Made by a program: the position numbers and the translations under genes
Part shown: piece after piece, positions 27,261 through 41,223 of the stretch
Layout: each line of letters starts with the position of its first letter
How positions within the stretch are numbered: the first letter of the stretch is position 1
Origin: Nitrospirales bacterium
GTDB lineage: Bacteria; Nitrospirota; Nitrospiria; Nitrospirales; UBA8639
Direction of reading: 5' to 3'
NCBI GenBank assembly: GCA_965203295.1
Contig: CBDBCZ010000009.1
Location: 128,001-192,000, forward strand
DNA length: 64,000 nucleotides
The notes under the pieces: model-generated
Database searches by the model: none
What the model was told of the DNA's origin: nothing
The model's input: the letters and a program-made list of their open reading frames with translations, nothing else

Positions 27261-27724
27261 AGAAACCGGATCCCCAGCACCACTCCCAACACCATCCCCT
27301 CCCTCTTCGGGGGACATCACTCGAGGCACCCTGTTGGGCGGCGTGTCGCCGAACGGGGTGGCGTCTTCGCGGCGGCGGATTCGGGTAGTAGGCGTCATCA
27401 TCATCAGCGCAGGTATCGTCCCGGTCGTCGTCTCGGTAGCGGGCATCGTCCTGGTAGCGGGCATCGTCTCCTGCACTGCTGTCGTCTCCATAGTCGTCTT
27501 GTCTGGGTTGGTGAAAGAAATCGTGTGGTGAGTCCTAGAATTCTTTAGTGTTGTTTTTGTCGGTCGGTGTCGTCGGCGGCTGGCGCGTCGTAAAATTATG
27601 AGATAGATAACTCAAGCTTTAATTCCAAGCTTTCGGCATATGGGAATAGCCTTCTTCAGGGAGTGGATAATGAAAGATATGGGTGAGCTTAAATACTCTG
27701 TGAACAGGAAATAGCCAGCTGTCA

Positions 27725-27960
27725 GAGGTGTGCAGGAATGTCCTTGCCGGGATGGGATGGTGTTGGAGGTGTGCAGGAATGTCCTTGCCGGGATGGGATG
27801 GTGTTGGAGGTGTGTAGGAATGTCCTTGCCGGGATGGGATGGTGTTGGAGGTGTGTAGGAATGTCCTTGCCGGGATGGGATGGTGTTGGAGGTGTGTAGG
27901 AATGTCCTTGCCGGGATGGGATGGTGTTGGAGGTGTGTAGGAATGTCCTTCCCGGGATGG
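27725..27960. repeat. 41-bp minisatellite, about 5.7 units
   Basis: Unit GAGGTGTGYAGGAATGTCCTTGCCGGGATGGGATGGTGTTG at 27725, 27766, 27807, 27848, 27889 and 27930 (partial). Confidence 0.93.
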
Positions 27961-30420
27961 GCGACATGAACCTGGGCCCAAGTTAGTTCCGTAGAACCCA
28001 ACTTGGGACAACCAGGCAGGGGTGTTGATACAAACAAAGAAGATTAAAGGGTGATGCTTGATGACTCATAGGGGTGATTTACAATATAATTTTTTAAGGG
28101 GGGATTTATAATATAATTTTAAGGGGGGATATAATAACTATAATAACGACATCAGAAGCTGGTACCGCTTCGACATCAGAAGCGCCAGGGAATGAGGTAT
28201 ATATATGGGAAGAGTAAAGAATTTGTACAAAGCTATGTACATGTAACAGATGAATCAGCATAAATTTAAAGCATAGCCAAGAATGGGAAATCTTTCCGAG
28301 TCACGTCTCATGTAGATTTGTAGCGTTTATGGCACTGAAAATGTCGGGTGTGCTGTATAGGAACCCAAGTGACTGACAGTGAACACTGCAGCAATTCACA
28401 TCTTACAATCCATACGTGTTTTGGTGGAGACGTGCTCAGTGGGCACATGAGTATGTCTGTAGTAATTAGTTTAAGTGGCATTTATGGCACTGAAAATGTC
28501 GGGTATGCTGTATAGGAACCCAAGTGACTGACAGTGAGCACGTACTGCAGCATTTTGCTCATTACAATCCATACATAATATTCGATCACTGTAGCAATTC
28601 ACAACTTAGCAACCCTACATATTAATGTTGAGACGTGCTCAGAGGGCTCATGAGTATGTCTGTAGTAATGAGTTTAAGCGGGTTCTTGTAGAGCAATTAA
28701 GGAAACACATACTCATGTTCATCTTTCAAGTACAGGCAACTTGGAGTACATTCCATAAATTCATACAATCGCAATGACATCACCAAAGCAGTTAAACATT
28801 CCCTTAGCAACTACATGTAGTACCCAGGAAAGCAGAGAGAGGCCAGACTACACTGTACTGAAAACAAACTACACACCATAGGAGTAGGCACATATAGCCA
28901 GGTGTAAGAAAGCAGCAGATACCATGGGGCAAAGGGAGATCGTACAGACTCACTGTTTATTAACATTTGAATCACAAATTAAATACACACTGGCTAGATC
29001 ATATTGTCATTGATAATATACACAGACACTCACTTACATACACTTCCCCAACAATCATGACGATGCCCTGCATTCACCTATATAGTATACAACAACCTGA
29101 ATGAGTGCATGATTACTTCACCCCGTTGTGAACCAGCATCTATCTGCACAGCCTGCCCACTCAAAGCCACCTGATTAGCTGAGGATGGGATAGCAACAAC
29201 AGGAAATTCCTATACAATAACCATGGCAACAACACAGTATCAACAAGAGCAGTAGGAACTTATCAGTACACACATCAGTATTGCAGAGACATTTTTTTTT
29301 TCATTTCAGATAGGAATAATTATGATATTCTGATCAAGTAGCAACCAAAACCAGATTTCTGTGTTGAATTACTACGACTGGAAGTGAGGTTCTGCTCGCT
29401 CCGCTGTCACATAATGTACTACGTATAATATACCTGATTGCCTGATTAGATACATACATGTACATATCTAAAAGCAATTGTATGTGTGCATATGTTCAAG
29501 CAAGAGGTTTGGTGGGATTGAAACAGAAGGGTAGAGTCAACCACACAATAGTTCCTTCCTCTTATTACTGTACTCATTTTAAAGGGATGAGAAAATGTGA
29601 TCATAACACAATCCATGTAGATTTGTAGCGTTTATGGCACTGAAAATGTCGGGTGTGTTGTATAGGAGCCCAAGTGAATGACAGTTTACACTACAGCGTT
29701 TCACATCTTACAGTACAACCCACCAGTCGCTAATTGATTTGGTTGAGATGCGCTCAGTGGGCATAATCTGAGCATGCATGCATGGCATTCCCTACGGACC
29801 AAGAGCCATGTTTGATCACACTATGCAGGTAGCCTCGTTCCCAGGCCCGCAACTTTTTGATTGCACACAGGAAGGCACCCTTCATGCGCCCGAAAAAGTT
29901 GTTGTCCTGGGAACAACGCTACACCCCAGGAATTGTATTACACGTTTTCCCTCATCTCACTTGGTACTGTAAATTCCTGGCTTTTTTTACAGGCTCTGGT
30001 CATTGTATGTCTCACTACACACGTCATGTAATTTGAATTTCATTTGTAGTTTAGAATGTGACTTAGCACTTGCCTTCCTTTATATCTCTTTGTCAACACT
30101 AGCGTGGCGCTGGCACCAATAAACAAAATGACCAGTTTCATTACCAATAATTTGTTTATGTATGTGGTGTAGCGTATGTTATTGCTTCTACAGCATTTGT
30201 TAACTATATGGAACTTTAGTTTCAGAATGTGACTGTACAATAGTGTCCTCGCTGTTCAGAGATTCTCTCGGTTGGCAGTACAATTCATGAATAATCACAA
30301 AGTTCAATTCCAAATCTGAATTTCAACAGAATCTGGAGTGCTATTCATACCCTGAAGCCTGAAGAAGACTACAGCACTGTGATGTGTGGTGTCATATATT
30401 CCACTGCCACCCTCATGCAG

Positions 30421-30610
30421 GGAGGAAGACGAAGCCCTCCACCTTGACCAGATCAGCATGGACTTTGACCCCGGCCAGGAGTAAATGCTGTCAGATACAC
30501 ACTTCCCTCAGACTGGGAGCAGCGTACCAGGTCAGTGGCTGCTAGTGTACCACTGGGTATCCCAAAGGCTGAACCTCACAGATATATTCATTGAGTGTGT
30601 ACTCCTGTAG
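30421..30610 (+). pseudogene. Captured terminal-exon-like fragment, copy 2 (internal stop)
   Basis: EEDEALHLDQISMDFDPGQE*MLSDTHFPQTGSSVPGQWLLVYHWVSQRLNLTDIFIECVLL* after a cag acceptor. Confidence 0.4.
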
Positions 30611-30739
30611 TAGTGTATATGTTCACAGCTGTATGTTCTTATTAAATTCTTGTCAGATTGAAAGCCACTTATGTTGTGTATAGCTTGTAGGACAAACCAG
30701 CAGGTAGAAGTTTTTTATGCTGTCAGTGACTCTCATGCA

Positions 30740-30971
<232 letters not shown>

Positions 30972-31023
30972 ACAAGTGTGTGTTTGGTGTGATGTCATAT
31001 ATTCCACTCCCACCCTCATGCAG

Positions 31024-31212
31024 GGAGGAAGACGAAGACCTCTACCTCGACCAGATCACAAGAACTTTGACCCCGGCCAGGAGTCACTGCTGCCGGCAAC
31101 ACACTTCCCTCAGACTGGGAGCAGCGTGCCAGGTCAGTGGCTGCTAGTGTACCACTGGGTATCACAAAGGCTGAACCTCACAGATGCATTCATTGAGTGC
31201 GTGCTCCTGTAA
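31024..31212 (+). pseudogene. Captured terminal-exon-like fragment, copy 3
   Basis: Paralogue of 17620 and 30421, with a 1-bp frameshift relative to 30421. Confidence 0.4.
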
Positions 31213-31434
31213 TAGTGTATGTGTACATACATGTATATATTGAGAGAAAAATGAGTATGAAAATACGGGATTCGTGCAGGCAACATGCACGTTCGCAACT
31301 GTATGTTCATATTAAATTCTTGGCAGATTAAAAGCCACTTGTGTTTTTAGCAGGGGACTGAAAGAAGCCTATTGTAGGTGGATTATATTATGAGTATAGT
31401 AGACTGGGTCCCGTTTGTAAAATGTAGTGCAAGA

Positions 31435-31458
31435 TATGTCTCTGCTAGAGACTTCTAG
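31435..31458 (+). mobile_element. Solo 3' end (stem-loop) of the HINE-like element
   Basis: TATGTCTCTGCTAGAGACTTCTAG followed by TTT, identical to the end of 32251-32780. Confidence 0.65.
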
Positions 31459-32022
31459 TTTAAAAAGGTTCCTGGGTGGTTTTTAGACATGACATGTCAG
31501 ACTTGTTAAATAAACACAAATGTACCTGAGGTTGAACTGAGTCATGTACCACCGTGTTACTGGTAGGGCAGTTCTTGCTTGTTAGGACAAACCAGCAGAT
31601 ATCAGTCTTTTTATGCTGTCAATGACGCCCATGCACAGTTTGTGTGTGTGTGTGTGCAGGGAGGAAGACGAAGACCTCTACAGTTTATAACTGTGAATGT
31701 CCCATCTGGTACCCGGAGAACGAGACAATTGATAAGAGAACTTAGCTAAAAGTGGACCAAAACTTTTTACACGAATCCATATTAACTCTACAATCACATA
31801 GGCTGTCACATGACTGTAGAATTACTGCGCATCCATGCCGTTGATTCAGAAATAGGTATCCCAATGCATTTGTGGTATACAGGACAGAGGGAGATCATGC
31901 AGACTCATTGTCCCATTGTTCTAGTTTCATGCCCACTTGGTTACCTTGCATGGCTACATCATATTTCCATTGATAGTGCACACACACCCTCGCTCCACGA
32001 CGATCACGACAGTACCCTGTTG

Positions 32023-32128
32023 TACATTGGAACCCCTCTTAAAGGACGCCCCTGAAATAAGGACACCTCTCTATACAGGACACTTCACAAGGTCCCCAAG
32101 GTGTCCACATTAGAGTGGTTCCAATGTA
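32023..32128. mobile_element. pogo/Tigger-like MITE
   Basis: TA-CATTGGAACC...GGTTCCAATG-TA inverted ends with internal AAGGACA repeats. Second copy at 33582-33690. Confidence 0.65.
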
Positions 32129-32250
32129 TATAACTGCCTGAGTGCATGATTACCTCTGTCACTGTATTGTAAACCAGCATACAGCCTGCCCACTCAAAGC
32201 CATGTGGGTAGATGGGCAATGGCCTGATCAGCTATGTACAACAGGAAATT

Positions 32251-32780
32251 TACCCTGCGGCGCGTAGGCGGTGGCGGGGTTAAGCAATTGGTTCTGTCTG
32301 TCCGTCCGTCCGTCCGTCCGTCTGTCCGGTGTCTGTCCACTCAAAAATCGGGCTATCTCGCGATTTACAGGGTTAAGCGATTGCTAAACACGACAGTAAC
32401 ATTGAAATCAAAAAAAAAAATGTCCGGGTGTGTACCTGATAGTTGCCAAAGTGGTTCCATTCGCTGTATCTGCAGCTCTTTCTTATTTAACAACGGTGCA
32501 TTCTGCCATTTTAATACGGTCACAACTAGAATACGATAGAGGCCGGGCATATACGGACTCTGGTCACGTGTTCATATTGGCAATCAGTTACGCCCACCAC
32601 TTCCAATAGGATATACAGATATATACGCATACACGAGCGCTGTACACTCTGCGTGCGGATACACAGCCAGTGATATACATGTACACTTTGCCAACTACTC
32701 CATCAGCCCAGTCTGCAATCCTGCCAGGTCCAAGTTGTGAATTATGCACCGCGGGGTATGTCTCTGCTAGAGACTTCTAG
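32251..32780 (+). mobile_element. DINE-1/HINE-like non-autonomous Helentron-type element, subfamily 1
   Basis: 5' subTIR TACCCTGCG, nearby partial inverted repeat GCGGGGT, (GTCC/GTCT)n microsatellite, 3' subTIR CGCGGGGTA, and terminal stem-loop CTAGAGACTTCTAG. Inserted in a T-run without TSD; empty site at about 20791-20825. Confidence 0.8.
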
Positions 32781-33581
32781 TTTTATACAGTAGTCATGGC
32801 AACCACATGGTGCAATGTAAGCAGAACCATTTGACTCATACTTGTCCAGAGGAGGGATATGGTTTTCACCAGTAGGTGTATTGGTATAGAATGACCGATC
32901 TCAACATGTTCCCCAAAAATAAAGTTCATTGGACAGCTGGTTAGCAGCAGTTTTTTTGCATCAGGACTATCCACCAATAATGGTGCAGGGGATATTGTAT
33001 TGGTATGCATTTATAACCCCCAATTGTTTTGTATAATAAACTCGTTATAGTTAATTAAAGTTGAAAGTTTGGGAGCTATAATTCTATCCCATTCTATCCC
33101 ATCCCATCCCACTTATCCCATCCCAATCCTACAACCTTACCGTGTTGTTACCATGGTTATTGTGTAGGAATTTGCTGTTGTTGCTATCCCATCCTCAGTG
33201 CCCACTCACCCCTCAATGCCCTCCATTCACCTCATACACAACTACATGTGTGAAGGGAGTGGATCAAAAATGCAGAAAGCACACGCATTCCTGATTACTC
33301 CCTCCTGACACACACACAAAATGATGGCACCATGACCGTACACATGGTTCCTAGCCAGGAAAGCAGAGAGAGGCCAGACTACGCTGTACTGAAAACAAAC
33401 TCCAGACCGTAGGAAAAGCCAGGCATGAGTGGAAGAGAGCAGCAGATACCACAGGGCAGAGGGAGATAATGTCCCATTGTCCTATTGTTCAAGTTTCATA
33501 CACACTTGGTTACATTGGCTACATCATATTTCCATTGATAACGCACACACACACTCACCCCACAATCCTGCATTAACCTAG

Positions 33582-33690
33582 TACAATGAAACCCCTCTTA
33601 AAGGACATCCCTGAAATAAGGACACCTCTCGATCTATACAGGACACTGCACAATGTCCCCAAGTTGTCCACATTAGAGGGGTTCCACTGA
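33582..33690. mobile_element. pogo/Tigger-like MITE, duplicate of 32023-32128
   Basis: Same internal sequence; the right end is GGGGTTCCACTG. Confidence 0.6.
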
Positions 33691-34494
33691 ATACAACTTC
33701 CCGAGAGCATGATTATTTCACTCTGTTATAAACTATCTAGCTATCTACATGTAGCTTCAATGCTCCAAATTCAACAGCTATAGCTGAACCAATGAGGCTA
33801 CATTAATTAGGCATCATGGCGGTTTTCCAGTTCTTGTGCACTCCTTGTTTGCCATAGCTGTACATCCTGTGGCTGCTTATAAGGAAACAGAAAATTTTTC
33901 ACAAAAGCCATGGCAACAACTGGTTACCTGGTTACAGGTGCAAAGTACATGTGTGTTCAGAGGGTACAGGAGTATATAAGAATTATATTACCTAATCAGA
34001 AAGACCATCTTGATGTAGAATTGTCAATCTCAAGCTAATCCATGAGAGTAACTCGTCGGAGAGCAGGTTAGTACCAGTTAATGTGCATCACAAGATCAGA
34101 GGAGGTAGGACACAATTCATATAGGGGATAGTATCTCACCAACTGGTCCACACTGAAAATGACCTGCAGTTTATCTCACCTTCATTGGAGGAAAGTCCAG
34201 AATGTTGTTCATTATACGTACCTCCCCAATGAGTTTTCTCTTGGACTCAGAATTAGATGTTACAGTCTCTATGGATCTGCTGGTGATATATTCCACAACA
34301 TCCATGTCCAACCTCCTCTGGACATTAGTATACTGTTTACATTGTACCCGGCTTTTGCCATGGCTACTGTATAAGAATTTCCTGTTGCAGCTGATTAGGT
34401 AGGCTGTGCAGGTGGTATCCTTGTTCACAATGCAGTGAAGTGATCATGCACTCAGGTAGTTGTGTATGAGGTGAATAGAGGGCATTGTGGGGTG

Positions 34495-34830
34495 ATCGTT
34501 GTGACTGGGACATGCCTTATATACGCTAGGAATGGGATATTAAATACCAAATTAAGGCACGTTCCAGTAGAGAGAGGAGGACATGTACAAATTAATAGCT
34601 GGCGTCACTTATGATTAAAATAATACAGTGTATGGGGGGCATAAACAGCTTTAAATTTATTACAGCACACACACACACAGCTGCTAGAAGATACACATTC
34701 CGGACATCTTAAGATAAGCATGAATTCAGTTACAGGAAAGCCATTATGCGTTCTAAAAATAGTCACTTGATGAGGTAATGCAGCACTCTACCTATCACTG
34801 TAGTGATGGGCACTGAATGCCATAGCAAAC
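34495..34830 (-). promoter_or_regulatory. Orphan family promoter (TATA 34517-34523 plus upstream module) with no coding sequence; start of block copy C (to about 36820)
   Basis: Matches about 985-1320, but the sequence downstream on the minus strand is an unrelated repeat module. Confidence 0.7.
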
Positions 34831-35377
34831 TTCAGACTACATACAAATCAGACGTAATAGCCACCTTACAGCTTAAAAGAAATTAAACCAAATCCACCCA
34901 TCAGCTCTTATGATATACGTAGTAAAATGCATTAAGAAGCCACAATTCATAATTAATCTGGACACGACACGGGATTGATCAAGGAATGGACAAGAATTGC
35001 AAACTATGCTTCAACTTACTACAAACAACCTTGTGTTGCATGGCCACATGGCATGGCGAATTAATGAAAACATGTGACTTACATTATTACAATCATGTTT
35101 TGGGTAGGAACGTACAATTTAATGTTAACACAACAGCAGCTCACATCTTTTAGCCCACCTGTCATTAAAACACAATTTTATGTCAGTCACAGAGCTTATT
35201 ATTAATCCACCATGCCACGTGATTAGGTGATACTGATATTGTTGAGACGTGCTCAGTTGGCACATAAGTATGTCTGTAGTAATGAGTTTAAGTGGTTTCG
35301 TGTAGAGCAATTAAGGAACACACATACTCACATCCATCTCTCGTGACTGGGGAATACGACTGCCGTACATACTCTAT

Positions 35378-35446
35378 TCCTGTCCTACAAATGATGGAAT
35401 TGATTGTGTACTACTGGTGTAAGAACAGGCAAACGCCGAACCAAAC
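35378..35446 (-). pseudogene. About 70-bp orphan piece of family coding sequence (FGSAFAC..T..STQSIPSFVGQ)
   Basis: Aligns to about 16090-16165; embedded in non-coding block C. Confidence 0.75.
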
Positions 35447-36853
35447 AAGAGGTTCAAATTGGTGGGTTTCAAACTGGAGGGTAGGGTCTGCATGCATGCA
35501 ACCACACCAGTCTTATCACTGTACTCATTTTTGTCAGCAATTGATTATCGTGACTATCCTCACAGTATGTTGTGCATTATTTGCTTCCAAGCTCTAAATT
35601 GAAGAACTGGGGCCTAAAGAATTAGGCTACATTGATTAGACATCGTAACAGATTATTTCCGGATATTGTGCTGCCATATATCTAGCTAATATGAATAGTG
35701 ATTGCACACCTCGTTTCATATTCCGTGGCTGATTATTTTTGTGATGTCATTGCATTCATAGAATTTCCAGTTTGCTCATACTCGAGAGAGATCGACGTGA
35801 GTGTGTGTTTTCTTTAGTTGCTCTACAAGAAACCCATTTAACCTCATTACTACAGGCATACTCATGTGCTCAATTTGCACGTCTCATTGAAGTCTACGTT
35901 CAATCAATGTATGGATTGTAAGATGTGTGAATTGCTGCAGTGCTCACTGTCAGTCACCTGGGTTCCTATACAGCACACCCGACATTTTCAGTGCCATAAA
36001 TGACACAAACCTACATGGACTGTGTCGTATGTACGTACTACGTACAATCATATGCACTAAAATCAAAAAGTAAAGTTATAGCCCTGCCATTTTCTCATCC
36101 AATACCTTTTGAACTATCCAAAATGAGTACAGGAAGAGACTGTTGTGTGGCTGACCCTACTCAACCCCTCCAAACCTTTTGCCTGTACATTAGAGGCATT
36201 GCATGTAATGCACAAGCAGATCTTTAAGGTTGACACAACCTGTTTGCTATTAGTAAACCTCCATGCTAATTACGTAGATCACCGCCAATATCCTTACTTC
36301 CGATTATGTAGTGCTGCCTACAGGAAGGACAGTTGTGCCGGAGAAGTTTTCCATACCAATATAAGGCTTTGTACATTGCAGCTGACATGTGAAAACAATA
36401 TAGAGATGGGGCTGTGTATGTTGTGTTTATGCTATCTCTACACCTCAACGCGTTTGTTTGCTTTATGGCACTTCCATCCCTACATCTTTTATTTAATTTC
36501 AATTTCTAGGCACTCAGTGCCTATCACTACAGTGATCAGTCATTACCTCATCAAGTGACTGTTATTAGAATGCACCATGGCTTCTTTTAATTGAATTCAT
36601 GAGAATAAATGCCCTTATCTTGGAATGTGTATCATTCCAGCTGCTGTGTGTGTGTGTTGTGTTCTCTAATGCAGCCATATCACTGTATTGTTTTAATTGC
36701 TCTACACTTAAACTCAGACATTCTCAAGTGCTTAATGAGCTGGTCTCAATAAAGGACAGGTGTCAGGTGGATTGTAAGATTCGAACTGCTGTAGTTTTCA
36801 CAGACACATACCCTCCCCTGTCAGTGCCTTTCTCCAAAAATCTCTCTCTCTAG

Positions 36854-37502
36854 GTTCGAGCCCCATATGGCACTCGCAGCCACGACCACAAGAGCCAGTT
36901 GCAAACCCCGGTCCCGGTGCCACTTTGGTCACAAGCACTCCCGTGGAGGTTGACGTCGTCCGTACCGATTACCACCTTGACGGGACAACCGGTCATCCGG
37001 CGCTGGTGATCGACCTCACCATGCCCACCTCCGTACAAGAGACTCCTGAGCCCCCGCTGCCCAGTGCTCCTCCCCGGCTCCCTCCTCCCCGGCTCCCTCC
37101 TCCCCGGCTCCCTCCTCCCCGGCTCCCTCCTCCCCGGCTCCCTCCTCCCCGGCTCCCTCCTCCCCGGCTCCCTCCTCCCCGGCTCCCTCCTCCCTGGCTC
37201 CCTCCTCCCCGGCTCCCTCCTCCCCGGCTCCCTCCTCCCCATACAGATCCTGCAGTGGCCATAGAAACGCCTACGGCCATGGAGCCGTAAGCATATAAAG
37301 ACTTTTGCATAATTACTCTTTACTGTGCGAAATCATTTCTGTACCTCCCATGCTTTTTCATGTCCATGCAACTACTCTCATTTTCACTCCTCCCAGTTGT
37401 AGCCGACCCCGCCGGAAGAGTTACCGCAGGCTCGGAAGGCGCGACGACAGCTGTTGTCGCTGCAGCTGGAGATTTGCGAAGTGGGGAGAAGGCAGCCAAC
37501 CG
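36854..37502 (+). pseudogene. Captured two-exon Pro/Thr-rich gene fragment with an expanded PPPRL repeat
   Basis: Exon 36854-37286 (tag|...|gtaag) and a second exon ending at 37502 (|gtaagt). Paralogue of 43588-44109. Confidence 0.55.
37066..37240. repeat. 15-bp minisatellite (CCCCGGCTCCCTCCT)n, about 11 units, in frame
   Basis: Directly visible; only 2-3 units in the paralogues at about 13600 and 43800. Confidence 0.93.
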
Positions 37503-38279
37503 GTAAGTGGACTGCATACATGATAGCTATGTAGTCGATTATGTGTACTGATACCCATAGTATGGCTAGATGAATTCTCCTACCGTAGAGTACGTATCAA
37601 GCGCCCACCATGTATTAAGCGCCCACCCCCCTCTTCAGCGTCAACTTCCTGCAAAGGGTACGTTTATTCACGTTGTATCCGCCCACTCGAACGCGTTGCA
37701 AACATACGATGCGAAGTGAGGAAACAAGGTAAGTGTAGCCTTCTTTAATCAACTATTGAAGCATATGTATTAGCACGTGAGAACTGAGCCACAAAAGGGC
37801 CGGCCACGCCATGCGCAGCACGCAGTATAATTGCATTCCTAAGCGTGACACATACATATATATATATATATATACAAACGCTTGCTGAGATACGATGCAG
37901 GATTAGTTGCCTCGCGCTAAGGCGCTCGGCAATAATGTGTTGTATTTCCTTATAGGAATGTGGACGTACTTGGGATTGGTTCATCTCGAAATGACTGTCT
38001 GATCAGTGGATCACTGCTGCCAATGGGGCTCACAATAAAAATCAGGATCATGTTGTAAGTGTGTTGTGTTTGAAATGAATCAAATTCTCAGACCTTGCTG
38101 TGTCAATGTTAGCCTCGTGCCCAGGCTCTTGCGGGGGAGGAAAGTTAAGCCTGGTATACACAGCTTGTGCATGCTGGGTCCCCCAGGATTTCTTCTGGGA
38201 ATTTGGATCCACCCTTCATGGTACTGCCGTCCATTGCACTAGTGTAGTGGACGAGTTACAAGCACCTTGGGAGTGATTC

Positions 38280-38429
38280 CAGGGTTTCATACATGGGGGG
38301 GGGGGGGGGGGCTGGGATTTTCCCCCTCCAGCAAGAGTTTCCCCCCCCCCCCCCCCCCCCCCCCCCAGGATTTTGAAAAATATGATGGCATCATAGCATC
38401 AAAAAAAATGGCAGCTGTATGAAACCCTG
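38280..38429. mobile_element. hAT-like MITE with a 5-bp target-site duplication
   Basis: 14-bp TIR CAGGGTTTCATACA...TGTATGAAACCCTG, flanked by GATTC (38275-38279 and 38430-38434), with internal poly-G and poly-C. Confidence 0.7.
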
Positions 38430-39143
38430 GATTCTATATGCATGCCTAGAAAGTGATTGCTAGTTTGATTCTTCAATCTCGTTTGCTTCTGGAAAGCCTA
38501 CAAGACCAGCACTACAACTGAAAATCCAGCCTCTGCCAAGTGATTCCGAATTTTCATGGTAAGACATAACTATACCATAGCCCTAGTGGATAGAAAGGTA
38601 CAGGTCTTATTGCTTTTTTACAACTGGTTTTAAAGCCATTCTTAGTTAAGAGAAAGGAGAATGACATAGTTTCCAGTTCTTCCGTGTATACTGCCTCCGT
38701 ACTACTCCTTGCCACCCGGCTGAAGTCACGGATACATTTACTGACTCTTTTCCAAAATTTCTTGATGCGTACACAAACAGTATATATACCCAACTCTACA
38801 TTCTTCCCCTAGGCACAGGGCTATATCAATATGTTTCTGTACCTCCCATTACATGCTTTTAGTACAGCTTCAGACTTTTTGTCTATTGATATTCGTGGGC
38901 AGGGAGACTTAGCTAATTATGTCTTTAGGCAAATACACCATGTTACATAGTTAGTGTGTGTTGTGCACGCTTGGATTCAACCCCCAAATACATAGGTTAA
39001 TTCATGTGCATTTTGTACATGAGACCTTTATGCCCCCGCTTACCTAGGTCGTATAACTTGGACTTTTCGTTCTGCACCTGTGATGAAGAGCTTATAGCAT
39101 GTCGTTCAAATAACATTTCACACCCATGTTCGTCTACCCTGAG

Positions 39144-39183
39144 CAGCCTCGTATCCGGGCCATGTGGCCTGGATACGAGGCTG
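39144..39183. mobile_element. Miniature inverted-repeat element
   Basis: CAGCCTCGTATCCGGGCC-ATGT-GGCCTGGATACGAGGCTG, a near-perfect hairpin. Confidence 0.55.
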
Positions 39184-41223
39184 ATGTTCATTTCCTGTTC
39201 ATTTCTAAGACATCGTTATCTATGTTTATGCAACAGCTCATCATCTTCATAAGTCAAACACAATGGATTAGTAATATCCTGGTGTGGTGCACCCACCACA
39301 GGTGTACTGTATAGCATTATTTACACTATCTGCGATATTACCTGTACTGCTCCCTGCTTCATGAACTGTGAGAATGTGGTGGGTGCGGCTTTTGAGATCA
39401 CATACAGCCACCAGGCATGATCTATGCACAAGCAGAGATAATATATTACGCGTGGCACATGGATTTTTAGAGAACAGGCTTTATTTCCATTACATAAACG
39501 CTATGGCGGCAACATGAGTATTATCTGTTATGTTGTAGGTAATCCAGGAACACAATAGACAGGAGTGTTTTATTATTATGTGGTATTAAAAGTATATCAA
39601 AACTGATACTTCCAAATTGGAATAATGTTAAAACGGAGTGCATGTTGGCAGAGAATTATTCTCTCTTGGGTCTCCCGTGCATGCAGCACAAGTGTCTGCT
39701 ATCTATGGTCTACCGTACTACTACAGGACACGTGCACGTGGTATGTGAAAAATGTAAACAGATGACATAATCCTTAATCGGTTGCCATGGCAAGTGAGAA
39801 TGTAGCTCGTATAATAGATTAATCTGGAATGGGCAGGGCTACCACACCACAGCACTTCCGTTTTGTGCCTGCGCGTGCGCTGTAAGATCTCTATGGCGCT
39901 GCAGGCTAGCTCGAGATATCAATGGGGAATTGCTGTGGCGCAACGGTTAGTGGCATATGCACAGACACTCTACTTTGTCTGGTGTGGATGGCGCTAGAGA
40001 CTTCACTCATACCGCACTCCTATCCCAGAAGAGCTCTGCTCGCGAGACGGATCTGGCCAGGGAGCGAGAACCAGATATGTACGACGTAAGTGAACTGCAG
40101 TGCAAACAGTCCTGTTGAAAGTGACACAAGTACAACTACACGATGTTTATCCCCATCATATGCAGCTGTCACAGTTTCGTTCGAAGAGACGAGTTGTGAC
40201 TTTATGTGCTGAAAATGCAGAAGATTTTGTAAGTCTAATACACAATATTAAGTTTGACACATGTACACTTTATACAACCCTGAAAGCTTTTCTTTTATTT
40301 TTTAGGAAAAAAGAAAGGCAGCAGCTCTGGAGAGAGCAGATGTCCAGTGGGGAAACACACTACATGCACTAGCAGCACCTAATGCTGCTAGTGGCGCCGG
40401 CACTGGTACTCAAAGTGCCTCCCCTCCACCCCCCATCCCCACCAAAGACGTAAGTAATCATTAATGTGGTAACCAAATCTTGCTGCCAGAAAATTGGGTT
40501 TCATTAATATTTATTCCTTCTGTTTTCAGGTGATATCACATGGACAGAACTAATTACATTACATCAGTATTGACTATAAATAGATCTTTAATTTATTATT
40601 AGTGTTGTGTTGTTTTCATCTCTAATATTATGTCATTGCATGAGAGCAGTGGGATATATAGCACGTATCCTGCAGCATGTACTTCCTTAGTTACATAACC
40701 ACAAGCCACTTAACAACAGTTGTGCACATGTGCAGCAGTGGGATAGGTCAGAGAGACCACGCCCCCTCAGACGATATGTTCCCAAAATATCCTTCTTGAA
40801 TACAATTTTATCCCTCAGCTGTGCCTCGGGTGAAACTACACCTGTTGAGGATATCACAGGAAAATGTCGTCAAAACCCTACATGCTTTTCACTACAATTC
40901 ACCACACTTGACGTTATTTTCCCTACTGCAGGTCCTGCCATACTGTGCGCACATATCTTTCACATGACTGAACCCAACACTATCCCTACAGTTGATGTCA
41001 TACAATAAGCCATGGAGACAGAGTGTAGTGATATTACATGGATATTGTGCAGAAAGCATACTCACTACTATTTCCCTACAGTGTACATGTACATATTAAA
41101 CGACATGCTCTGCCGGCGCGCGCCCTACACTTGTCTCGTGCCCAGACCACACCTCTTTGGGGGTGTGGCTGGGTACGACTACCCGGCGCCGCCCATTTGT
41201 AGCAGTCACGTGGTAAATTTGTA

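Noticed and set aside
27180..27548. ORFs of 94-117 aa across the CpG-rich island annotated as a gene
   Set aside because: Open frames on both strands are expected in GC-rich repetitive sequence, and no recognisable domain is present.
39780..39794. RFX X-box-like GTTGCCATGGCAA motifs here and half-sites throughout the repeats; NF-kB-like GGGAGTTCCC at about 18249
   Set aside because: They occur within repeated modules with no fixed position relative to the genes; chance or repeat-borne.
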